Source of the DNA: Candidatus Sumerlaeia bacterium
GTDB lineage: Bacteria > Sumerlaeota > Sumerlaeia > MVZB01
Direction: 5' to 3'
Assembly (NCBI GenBank): GCA_963580245.1
Contig: CAUZJO010000004.1
Coordinates: forward strand, 6,380-70,379
Length of the DNA stretch: 64,000 nt
Each line of letters starts with the position of its first letter. Within the stretch, counting starts at the first letter, position 1. A program made the position numbers and the translations under genes. Positions 1 through 8,685 of this stretch are shown piece after piece. The notes beneath the pieces were generated by a model. It was not told the origin of the DNA and made no database searches. It saw only the letters and a program-made list of their open reading frames with translations.

Positions 1-559
1 GGCAGATGACCAGCGCCACCGAGCCGGCCAGGCCGTCCATGTTGTCGAGCAAATTAAAGGAATTCGTCAGCACAAGCACCCACAGGGCCGTGGCCAGCCA
101 TCCGATGGGGCCGGGAAGGAATCCGCGGATCGTGATGTCGGCGCCCACCAGGGGGACGACCGCGAGGAGCTGGACGGCCAGCTTGGTCTTCGGCCCCAGG
201 GGTCGCAGGTCGTCGGTCAAACCGAGCGCAAAGACCACCCCCGCGCCCCCAAGGACCGCCCATACCTGAACGCGGATGCCGGCGATGTTCTCGAGATACG
301 GCCCCAGCGCCGACAGACCGGCGGGCAAGCGCGAGGCAAGCGCATCCGCCCCGATCATCCCCCCGGCCACCAGCAATCCGAACGTGGCGAAGATGCCCCA
401 ACCGCCGGTCATCGCGATGGCCCGATCGTGCGCCTTGCGGCCCTCGGGCTGGTCGAGCAACCCCCAGATTCGCCCCAAGCGGCGGGCGACCGCGCACAGG
501 ACCGCCGACAGCGTCAAAGCGACGAGAAAAACGGCGATGTAGAGAACCAGCCAATGCAT
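1..559 (-). CDS. Glycosyltransferase family 4 (MraY/WecA-like UDP-sugar phospho-transferase), 3' end truncated by window edge
   Basis: Reverse-strand translation from ATG at 557-559 gives MHWLVLYIAVF...VLTNSFNLLDNMDGLAGSVALVIC. The NxxNxxDGxDGL motif and the multiple TM helices are typical of MraY/WecA. The ORF runs off the left edge. Confidence 0.72.
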   Translation of the reverse strand, partial: MHWLVLYIAVFLVALTLSAVLCAVARRLGRIWGLLDQPEGRKAHDRAIAMTGGWGIFATFGLLVAGGMIGADALASRLPAGLSALGPYLENIAGIRVQVWAVLGGAGVVFALGLTDDLRPLGPKTKLAVQLLAVVPLVGADITIRGFLPGPIGWLATALWVLVLTNSFNLLDNMDGLAGSVALVIC

Positions 560-1025
560 GGTATTGCGAGTTGGATGCTTTCAAGCTCACGGTGATCCCA
601 TAAACCCATGCAGCTTGACAAAACACCCCTTTGATGGCAAGCGCGACGCGGTTGAAAGGCAATGGGACGCAGATTTTACGGATTGGGCGGATTTTCACGG
701 ACCAAGCCCGGCGTCATGAAGCCAGCCAAAACGATCTCGCGCCATAATCAAGATGGGGACGACGATGAGGGCGAATACCTTAAAGGCACCTCTAAAAATT
801 CAGTCCCGGCAGGGACGATTGCTTTCAGCCCGCCACGCAAGTGGCGGGAAATCAAACCAATAAAGAATTGGAGTCCCATCGGGACGACCGCAAACCGGAT
901 TTTTAGAGGTTCCATTAAGCATGTTTAATAGATCTCAAACGCCAATGCGGCGGGTGCTGAGATTCTGAACAATCATTCCAGCCCAAACAAGACCATGCCT
1001 GAAATCCGCCGTGCCGATAGCTCGC

Positions 1026-2396
1026 TCAAGCAAACAGCTCGCTGATCTCCCCGAAGTCCATCGGTCCCTTCGGCGAGATGCTTTCGATATACTCAAACGC
1101 GCGGCCCGAGGGGGTTTGCGTGACTTTCTTGGTCCAGTCGATGCCCATCAGGGAATAGATCGTAATCAGGACGTCCTCGGGATAGATCGACCGTCCCTTA
1201 TGCCAGCCCGTCTCGGTGGGGTGGGCGCCGATTTCGTCGGTTGCGCCGATGACCTTTCCGCCTTGGACCCCCGCGCCGGCGAACACACCGACGCCGGCAT
1301 AGCGGTAGTGATCGCGCCCGCCGCCCATCGTCAATTCGCCCGGCGTGCGGCCGAATTCGCCCATGCAGGCGATGAAAACCCTGTCGATCAGGCGTTCTCC
1401 CTGGGCGTCTTTTCGCGACTCAAGGTCGTCGAGCAGGTTGGACAGGGCGGCGTCGAGTTGGCCGCACAATGAATATTGGCCGGCACCCGCGGCGTAGGCC
1501 CCGCCGTGCAGGTCCCAGCCTCCGTGCGAGATGAAGATGAATTTCGCCCCCGCATCGGCCTCAACCATATTGCGGGCCATGACGCAGGAGTCGCCCAAGC
1601 CCGTCGCGCCGTAACGCGCATGGTCCTCCGCTGGAACGCTGAAGACCGGCCCGGCCTTGGGGTTGTCGAGCATCGGGTAGGCCGACTGATAATAGGCGTC
1701 GATATCGCTGAATATCCGGCCCCGGTGCGGGTCCGTCTCGCGCCAGCCGCGGTCAAGCCTGCCGAGCAACTGCCGACGCCGTTGATAATCCCCTTTCTCG
1801 CTGTCGGAGAGGACAAAGGGCGGCGGCGAATCGCTGAACATCGCCATGGGGGCGTGCGCCGACGGCAACATGCCGGGCCCGACGAGCGAGGACGTATCCA
1901 TGTTCATCGCGACGAAGGGCGGGAGGAAGTCCGATGCCCGGCGCTGGTCCCGGGTTTCATAGGCGATCACCGAGCCGACCGATGGGATTTCCTGAAGTCT
2001 GGCCGGGCTGAGGATTCGCCCCGCCTGCAAGTAATAGGTGCCCCTTGCGTGCTCGGCCTCCCATGCCTCAAGCGAGCGGATGATGGCATACTTGTCGAGG
2101 CGTTTGGAAAGCTCCGGCATCAACCCCACCGGCATGCGGACGCCCGGCTTGACGGTCTGGATATCAAAATCCTCCGGCGTCCATTTGCCTTCCTTCACGT
2201 CGAAGGTGTCAAGCTGGCTGGGGCCGCCCTGTAGGAACAACAGGATGCAGACATCGGCCCCGCCGCGCATCTTGGCCGAGGATTTCGCCTCGACGTTGCT
2301 CGCCCTGAGGATCGGCGCGAGGGAGTAACCCAGGACGCTGACCCCGCCGATTCTCATAAAGTCTCTACGCGTCAGTCTCGGGATTTCAAGTGCCAT
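1026..2396 (-). CDS. DUF1501 domain protein (sulfatase-like fold, Tat signal), partner of the PSD1 protein
   Basis: 456 aa; N-terminal RRDFMRIGG Tat-type signal. The conserved DUF1501 body is typical of Planctomycetes/Verrucomicrobia. The DUF1553 gene lies immediately upstream on the same strand. TGA stop. Confidence 0.85.
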   Translation of the reverse strand: MALEIPRLTRRDFMRIGGVSVLGYSLAPILRASNVEAKSSAKMRGGADVCILLFLQGGPSQLDTFDVKEGKWTPEDFDIQTVKPGVRMPVGLMPELSKRLDKYAIIRSLEAWEAEHARGTYYLQAGRILSPARLQEIPSVGSVIAYETRDQRRASDFLPPFVAMNMDTSSLVGPGMLPSAHAPMAMFSDSPPPFVLSDSEKGDYQRRRQLLGRLDRGWRETDPHRGRIFSDIDAYYQSAYPMLDNPKAGPVFSVPAEDHARYGATGLGDSCVMARNMVEADAGAKFIFISHGGWDLHGGAYAAGAGQYSLCGQLDAALSNLLDDLESRKDAQGERLIDRVFIACMGEFGRTPGELTMGGGRDHYRYAGVGVFAGAGVQGGKVIGATDEIGAHPTETGWHKGRSIYPEDVLITIYSLMGIDWTKKVTQTPSGRAFEYIESISPKGPMDFGEISELFA

Positions 2397-2435
2397 GATC
2401 AGGGGCCCCCTTCCGAAGCTCCAGAGAAGAGAATA

Positions 2436-4769
2436 TCAGTAATTGACGATGAACTCCAGCTTATTGACCAGGGCCCATTGGAGGTCCTCCGCGCCCCGGT
2501 TGCGGTAGATTTCGATGTGTCGCATGCCCTCATTCAATTCCTCGGTCGTGGGGAAGCGCGCCAGCGTCGCCAGAAACAGTTCCTCGACGATCTCGACGTT
2601 CGTCTTGACCGGTTCTTTGTGCAGCAGTCTGTCGAGCGTGCTTCCCTCGGTGCCCGAGAGGATCTTCTTCTTCACCACGTCGCTGTTGAGCATCAGCGAG
2701 GCCTGGATGACCGAACTCTTGGTGTCGGCCTGTTTGGTCAGCCGGTTGCTCTGGCCGAAGAAATCCAGGAAGCGCTTCAGTTCCGCATCGGCCGGCGGCC
2801 CGCCGGTGGCCATGACGTATTCAATCCCATGCCCGAACACATTGGTCGCCTTGCAGAGCGCGTCATAGATCTCTTCGGCGGAAAGCCGCCGCGCCAGCTT
2901 CCGCGCGTAGTAACGATCATACTCCGGCTTGTATTCCCCCTCGAAGTGGGAGGATAGCTGATAGGCCTTCGATCGGCAAATCGCGCGCATCAGCAGGCGC
3001 AGATCGAAATTCACGCTTTGGAAATACTGGCCGAGGGCATCGAGGAGCTCCGGATGCGACGGCTGAATAGTCCAGGGCGGCGGAGGAGGATTCTCCGGAT
3101 CCTGACGCGCCAAGTCCCAGTTCAGGGGCGGGTCCACGATGCCGACGGTCATGAACCTGGACCAGATCAGGTTCGCCGTGGCCTTGGCGAACTGCGGATG
3201 CGTGGTGATCATCCGCGCATATTCCACCCGCCAATTCACTCCCTCCCGCGGCTGTTCCTTGGTCAGGATAAACTCGGGAAAAACATCGGCGGTCAGATCT
3301 CGCTTGGTGCGCAGGACGCTCGGGGCCTCCATGCGGTAACCCATGCCGCCCCAAATCGTGGGGGCCGACGTGAATTCGAAATGCTTGTTGAAGTCCTCCG
3401 GCGAGGCGATCTTGCCCTGCCAGATGTTCTCGGGACGCAGCGGCGGGCCGTCGAGCAACGTAAACGGATTACCCACCAACGTGCCCCGAATAATGCGAAG
3501 GTTGCCGAAAAACGCCGCCTGCCGCCAGAATTCGACCCGCTTTCTCTTCGAGAGCCACAGGTTGATGTCCTTGAGGTTTGGATAGCCGTCATGACAGGAG
3601 ATACATTCCAGGTTCACGCCGAGGAACGCCTTGGTCGTGTGAAGCCCGATTTCGTCGCAGGTATCCTCGTGCATGATGTCCGCGCACCGGATGCCGTCGA
3701 CCTGATGCCGCATCAGGTAGCCCGCCGATCCGGAAACCTCGCCCCCCAGCGCCGTTTCCGTCAACATCTGACGCACGACGTAATCATAAGGCAGATCGTA
3801 CAGGAGGCACAGCCGGATATACGTGCGGATAGAACCCGTGCGGTACAGGTCGCAGAAGAAATAGGTCCACTTGCTGAGGAACGGTTCCTCGACCAGCCAG
3901 GGGCCCTTGTAATCCTCGTTGCCCGGCTTATCCATGAAGTCCAGACCCAGCAGATGCTCGATCAACTCGTTGCGCTTTTCGGGGTCGGGGTCGGCCACGA
4001 ACTTGCGCACGGCATCAGCGTCGGGCAGGCGTCCCCACAGGTCCAGATAGATCCGGCGGATGAACTCATTGTCGCCGCAAAGCTCCGCATGCGGGATGTC
4101 GTCGCGGGTCATCTTCCCGAAGATGTGGTCATCGATGAAGTTTTCGGCGATCTCGACGACGGCCGGAGAAGAGGGGGGCGATTGCGCCGCGATCTGGTCG
4201 GTCAATTCCGTCGCCGCTTCGCGCTCCGACTCTTCGGTCAGGACGTGCATCTGTTGGGCCAGCATCTGGACGTAGACGGCGAGATCGGCGATCTGCTCGG
4301 GACTAAACTCGTCCTTTTGCGCTTTCATGGTCGTATCGGAAACGCCTTCGCGGATCGTCTTCTCGATCTCCGCCAGCGCGCCGCCATGGCGCCAAACCTT
4401 ATCCACCAGGTTCATGTTCGCATCGGCGGCGTTCCCATCGCTCTCGTGGCAGATCGAGCATTTGGATTCAAACGCCGCGGCGGCGAACTCCAATCTCTCA
4501 CCCGCTAGGGGGATTGCCTCCGCTTGCGCCTCCCGCGCCGGGTCCGCTGCTTCCGGTTCCGACGATTCGGCCTCGGCGGCTTCAGCCGGCGCATCGGACT
4601 CCGTGACTGCGATTTCGGGCTGATCGGCGTCGGGGGAAACTACGGATTCGCTATTGGCGGCATCCGCCGGTTCCGCCGCGGGCGTTCCGGGCGAACTCGC
4701 ACCGGCGCCGGCCATGCTTATGAGCAAACCCGTGAGGAGGGCAAGTGCCCTAAAATGAAAGACCTTCAT
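2436..4769 (-). CDS. PSD1 family protein (planctomycete cytochrome-c-like domain + DUF1549 + DUF1553)
   Basis: 777 aa with signal peptide. It has a CSICHESDGN heme-binding-like motif, a DUF1549 motif (ECISCHDGYPNLKDINLWLSKRK; RRIYLDLWGRLPDAD) and a DUF1553 C-terminus (FFGQSNRLTKQADTKSS). The gene pair is co-oriented with the DUF1501 gene. Confidence 0.85.
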   Translation of the reverse strand: MKVFHFRALALLTGLLISMAGAGASSPGTPAAEPADAANSESVVSPDADQPEIAVTESDAPAEAAEAESSEPEAADPAREAQAEAIPLAGERLEFAAAAFESKCSICHESDGNAADANMNLVDKVWRHGGALAEIEKTIREGVSDTTMKAQKDEFSPEQIADLAVYVQMLAQQMHVLTEESEREAATELTDQIAAQSPPSSPAVVEIAENFIDDHIFGKMTRDDIPHAELCGDNEFIRRIYLDLWGRLPDADAVRKFVADPDPEKRNELIEHLLGLDFMDKPGNEDYKGPWLVEEPFLSKWTYFFCDLYRTGSIRTYIRLCLLYDLPYDYVVRQMLTETALGGEVSGSAGYLMRHQVDGIRCADIMHEDTCDEIGLHTTKAFLGVNLECISCHDGYPNLKDINLWLSKRKRVEFWRQAAFFGNLRIIRGTLVGNPFTLLDGPPLRPENIWQGKIASPEDFNKHFEFTSAPTIWGGMGYRMEAPSVLRTKRDLTADVFPEFILTKEQPREGVNWRVEYARMITTHPQFAKATANLIWSRFMTVGIVDPPLNWDLARQDPENPPPPPWTIQPSHPELLDALGQYFQSVNFDLRLLMRAICRSKAYQLSSHFEGEYKPEYDRYYARKLARRLSAEEIYDALCKATNVFGHGIEYVMATGGPPADAELKRFLDFFGQSNRLTKQADTKSSVIQASLMLNSDVVKKKILSGTEGSTLDRLLHKEPVKTNVEIVEELFLATLARFPTTEELNEGMRHIEIYRNRGAEDLQWALVNKLEFIVNY

Positions 4770-4828
4770 ACTACATCGCCCGTGGTTTCATCCAGACCGA
4801 TCAACCCACCTACGCCATAAATCTGAGC

Positions 4829-4912
4829 AAATATCATGCCACTGATCGTGCGGCGGCGACAACGATCATTAAATATCATGCCACTGATCGTGCAGCGGGG
4901 GCAACGATTATT
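4829..4912. repeat. 42-bp tandem direct repeat x2 (about 88% identical) in the promoter region of the PSD1/DUF1501 operon
   Basis: The two copies are aaatatcatgccactgatcgtgcggcggcgacaacgatcatt and aaatatcatgccactgatcgtgcagcgggggcaacgattatt. They lie between the PSD1 start (4769) and the upstream gene's stop (4935). Confidence 0.8.
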
Positions 4913-4934
4913 TGACTCCGAAAAAGGCCAACCG

Positions 4935-5558
4935 TCAAGGATGCTTCGATAATCGTTCGAGGACCTTGGAGAGAAACGGGTGCCCGAAATTCAGTTGGAT
5001 CAGCTCGGCGATCCCCGGGTCCAGCGAGCGGTCGCGACGGGGCCGACGGCGGCGGTTGCAGGGGAAGTCGAAGGCGTCGTCTTGGATCGAGAGCACCCGC
5101 GGGCGGCCGTCGCCGAGCGCCAGCGGCCACAGGGCGCAACTGCGCGGTTTGGTGCGATAGGGGTCCAGCCCCAGCTCGAGCGCGGCCGTGTGCAGCGAAC
5201 AACGCGTCTCGCCCGATGCGTTGCGGTAGGCAAACACGCAGCGGCCATGTTCATCCGTATCGAGAACGATCTGCCGCGTTTCATCTTCCTCGAAGGGGTT
5301 GACCCAATCCTTGCCTTCGCGCAACCAGGACGCGTGTCGCGAGGCGTCTGGCATGCAACCGGTGATCCGTTCCATTTCCCGCCGACCCACCGTCACTTCG
5401 TAACTTGAACAACAGCAGCCCCGTTTCTTGCAACGTGCCGGATCGTAACGATGCGTGATCCGCACAAGGGCGCCCAAGTCGACGAGCAGGTTTTGGATGC
5501 GGGGGAGGGAGGTCGGGTTTCGGGTTTCGGGTCTCGGGTCTCGGGTGATAAAGCTCAA
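4935..5558 (-). CDS. Cysteine-cluster protein (YkgJ/DUF3109-like putative Zn/Fe-binding), start uncertain
   Basis: 207 aa ORF with a CKKRGCCC cluster plus further conserved Cys (CMPDASRH, CVFAY, CSLH). The N-terminus contains a (GGGTYTC)x5 nucleotide repeat encoding PETRNP-like repeats, so the true start may be downstream. Confidence 0.45.
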   Translation of the reverse strand: MSFITRDPRPETRNPTSLPRIQNLLVDLGALVRITHRYDPARCKKRGCCCSSYEVTVGRREMERITGCMPDASRHASWLREGKDWVNPFEEDETRQIVLDTDEHGRCVFAYRNASGETRCSLHTAALELGLDPYRTKPRSCALWPLALGDGRPRVLSIQDDAFDFPCNRRRRPRRDRSLDPGIAELIQLNFGHPFLSKVLERLSKHP

Positions 5559-5642
5559 AAAGTCTCTCCTCCCATCTACAGTCTGACCACATCATTCTCA
5601 CGAGACCCCCAAAACCCGAAAGGGAAACTCGATACCCGACTC

Positions 5643-6275
5643 TTACTTCTCCTCCCCCAAGCGGTCCTCATAGTGCTCAAACAACTTCTGGCGTTCAGCG
5701 GGCCCGAGCAATACTTCGGGGGTCATAAAAACGATCAGCTCACGCACCAGCTCCGAGGAATCCTCCTTGGTGCCGAAGAGCCAGCGCAGGCCCGGGATGC
5801 GGCCCAGAACGGGCGGGCGTCGTTTAATGTCCACCTTGGTATCGATCAGGATGCCGCCGATGACCATCGTCTCGTCGTCATCGATCGCCAGTTTCGTTTC
5901 AAACTCGGTGTTGTCGGTCACGATCTGATCGTTGATGATCACGCCCTCGCGCACGCGGCTGTTCTCCAGGATCATCTGCAGCATGACCTGATTGTCGACG
6001 TTGATCGTCGGTTTGACCAGCAACGTCAGTCCGACCGGCCTATATTGGATTTGGGTCGTCTGTCCCGCGGTATCGGTTTGGTTGCCGGCCTCGAAGGCAA
6101 TCTCCGAGCCGACGACCAGCCTGCCCTGTTCATTGTTGTTGAGTGCCGGGAACGGTTCGGAAACCACCCGCGAGTTGGTGTTCTTGAGCAAAAGCTGCAC
6201 GAGTAGCGCCACGTTAACGTTGGCCCCGAGCACGACGTTGCCGGCCCGCGTCGTCGTTTCGGCGGTTCGGATCAC
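5643..6275 (-). pseudogene. Secretin C-terminal domain fragment (GspD/PilQ family) lacking signal peptide and N-domains, abutting gspE 3' end
   Basis: The translation carries hallmark secretin-domain motifs: RVVSEPFPALNNNEQGRLVVGSEIAF, PVLGRIPGLRWLFG and ELIVFMTPEV. There is no ATG (the ORF track uses GTG at 6275). The same frame stays open up to 6419 and overlaps the gspE stop. The product is far too short for a functional secretin (about 210-260 aa versus more than 500). Confidence 0.6.
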
Positions 6276-6390
6276 CTCGCCCGCTTCTCGAGTGCTGATG
6301 ACGTCGGTCGGGCTGCGTGAGCTGGGTCCGAAGCTCTCGATGAAGCCCAGGTTGGACAGGCCCAGGATTGCGTTGTCGAGTTCGGCCGGG

Positions 6391-7984
6391 TCAATTGAAT
6401 TGGGATCGGGCGTGCAGAATCATGTCGTGCAGCTTCTCGTGCATCGTGAGCAGCTCGAAGATGCCCACCCGGCCCCGGTAGCCGCGCTCCAGACATTCCT
6501 CGCAGCCGTCCGGCTCGAAGACCCGCTCAGGCAAGTCGGTCACGTCGAACTGCCTGGCCAGGATCGGGTCGGGCGCCGCCGGCGCGCGGCACGAGGCGCA
6601 CAAACGCCGCACCAGGCGCTGCGCAAGCACGCCTTGGATCGACGAGGCGATCAAAAAGGGCTCGACGCCCATATCCAGCAGCCGTGTCACCGCCCCCGGC
6701 GCATCGTTGGGGTGGAGCGTCGAGAAGACCAAGTGGCCGGTCAGCGCGGCGCGGATGGCGATATCGGCCGTCTCGCGGTCCCGAACCTCGCCGACCATGA
6801 TGATGTCGGGGGCCTGGCGGACGATCGCGCGCAGGCCGTGGGCGAAATCGAGCCCGCGCCGCGGCCGCACCGGGATCTGGGTGATCCCGGCGATCTGATA
6901 CTCGACGGGAACCTCGATCGTGATGATTTTCTTCTCGGGCGTGTAAATCTAGATCAGGCTGCCGTAGAGGGTGGTCGTCTTCCCGCTGCCGGTGGGGCCG
7001 CAGATCAGCAAGTCCCGTACGACCGGTGCAACAGCGATGAATAGCGCTCGCGGATCGATTCCTCCATGCCCAGGTGGGTCAGATTGAGCAGTGACTCGTC
7101 CTTGTTGAGCAGGCGCAGCACCACGCTCTCGCCATGGATGGTCGGCACGGTCGCCACGCGCACGTCGACGCGCTCACCGAGCAGGTTGACGCAGAACTGG
7201 CCGTCCTGCGGGACGTAGCGCTCGGCGATGTCCATCCCGGCCATGATCTTGACGCGTGAGATGATCGCGGACTGGAGGTGCTTGGGGGGGCGGCATCTCG
7301 TGCAGGATGCCGTCGATGCGGTATTTGATCTTGAGCTGGGCCTCGAACGGCTCGATGTGAATGTCGCTGGCACGTTGCTCGATGGCGTTGGAGACGATCA
7401 TGTTGACCAGGTTGATCAACGTCGGCTCGCGCGCCATCTCTTGGAGGTCGTGCAGGTAGATTTCCTGGTCGCCGCCGGCCTCGCCCTCGATCTTCTCCAT
7501 GCCCTCGATCATGCTCTCGACCGTGACTCCGTAGAGTTCTTGCAGGTAATGGGCGAAGTCGCTTTCGCGCGCGACGGCGAGTCGCACGGGCCGGCCCGCC
7601 AGGAATTCGAGCTCGGCGCGCACCTCGGCGGCCAGCGGGCCGGTCGCGACGCAGCGCAGATAGCCATTCTCGCCGGCCTGAGGCAGGACGCGGCTGGCCT
7701 GGGCCAGCGAGGCCGGGATCAGGTCCTTCAGCGTGGGGGCGGGGGGGCTCGGTGAGGTCCCAGAGGGGGACGTCGGCCTGGACCGCCAGTGCCTGGGCCA
7801 GTTGGTCCTCATTGATGAAATTCAGCGAGCGCATCACGGCGCCCACAAGGGGCCGGGGTTGGGCGTGGGCCTGGACGTCAAGACAGTGATCCAGCCGCTC
7901 TTGGCTGATCAGACCATTTCCCGCGAGCCAGGCGCCCAGTAACTTCTTAGCCACGATGTTCCCTTTTGGAGCCTCGATGATCAA
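6391..7984 (-). pseudogene. gspE: Type II secretion / type IV pilus assembly ATPase (GspE/PilB family), disrupted
   Basis: GspE motifs are spread over three reading frames: an N-terminal domain, RASDIHIEPFEAQLKIKYRIDGIL, VKIMAGMDIAERYVPQDGQF, the Walker A box [43 protein letters not shown] and [11 protein letters not shown]. Both frame changes coincide with G7 homopolymers (about 7284-7290 and 7741-7747). An in-frame TAG (6950-6952) follows the Walker A box. Confidence 0.8.
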
Positions 7985-8685
7985 AGCTCCTCGGCCTCAA
8001 ATAATGCGCCGAATCCTCCACGCGACAGCGACCCGCTAGCGGCGGGAGTCAGATGGAATGTTTTGCGACAACGACGACTTCCATCGCAACATCTTCAGGA
8101 GGTAGCCTCGGTTTCCGCTAAAACCGGACTTGGAACGTTCGCGATTTGGTTTGGATCGGGTGTCATGCTATCCATGATGTCCGATGATGGTCGTCCGTGT
8201 CACCCTAATCTTCAGAGTTCCCGTCCTCGCGTCCTCGGAATCGAGCCGAAGGGCCCCGAGATGGCCGGGCATCGGCGGTCATTTCTCCCGATCCCCTGGA
8301 CTTCCCCACGGGCCGACACACCTCCGACATCCGTTGCGGCAGACTCCCTCTGATGCTTGGACGCAGGAGTTATCGAAAAGTTTCACATAAAATCAAACGT
8401 TGCGTGGCACTGTTGAGCCTAGCGCGCCAGCCCCGGACTAATTCTCTTGCATCCTCGCGGCTCGATGCGGATAAACTGAAACGATTGAGCACGGTTTGGC
8501 GCCAGTCCAACCCGTTATCGGAGTGATTGAACAGCACCGTGCCGTAGGGCGGGCACGGGGGACTCACGCGCGCGTCACGGGAATTCGTGTCGGCGAACGG
8601 GTGGCCCTCCTCGGCCAGAGCTGGATTCCGCGGCTCGGCGTCGCCAATTGGGAACTCTATTCATCACGGACGAAAAAGGGCGACG

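Noticed and set aside
3018-4508. Long ORFs antisense to real genes (e.g. 3018-4508 +, 8797-9849 -, 15116-16213 -, 18076-19935 -, 25381-27432 -, 46551-49130 +)
   Set aside because: These are typical high-GC shadow ORFs. Their translations are Arg/Ala/Gly-rich low-complexity strings with no family resemblance, and they fully overlap well-supported genes on the opposite strand.
5500-5540. (GGGTYTC)x5 microsatellite as a phase-variation tract
   Set aside because: It is an in-frame 7-nt-unit repeat lying at the very 5' end of a questionable start region. It more likely marks an over-extended ORF start than a contingency locus.
8390-8412. Sigma-54-like TGGCAC element (cgtggcactgttgagcc) upstream of the T6SS operon
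   Set aside because: The -12 GC is at the wrong spacing and there is no TTGC(A/T). It also lies ~280 bp from the first gene. This is not a convincing RpoN promoter.
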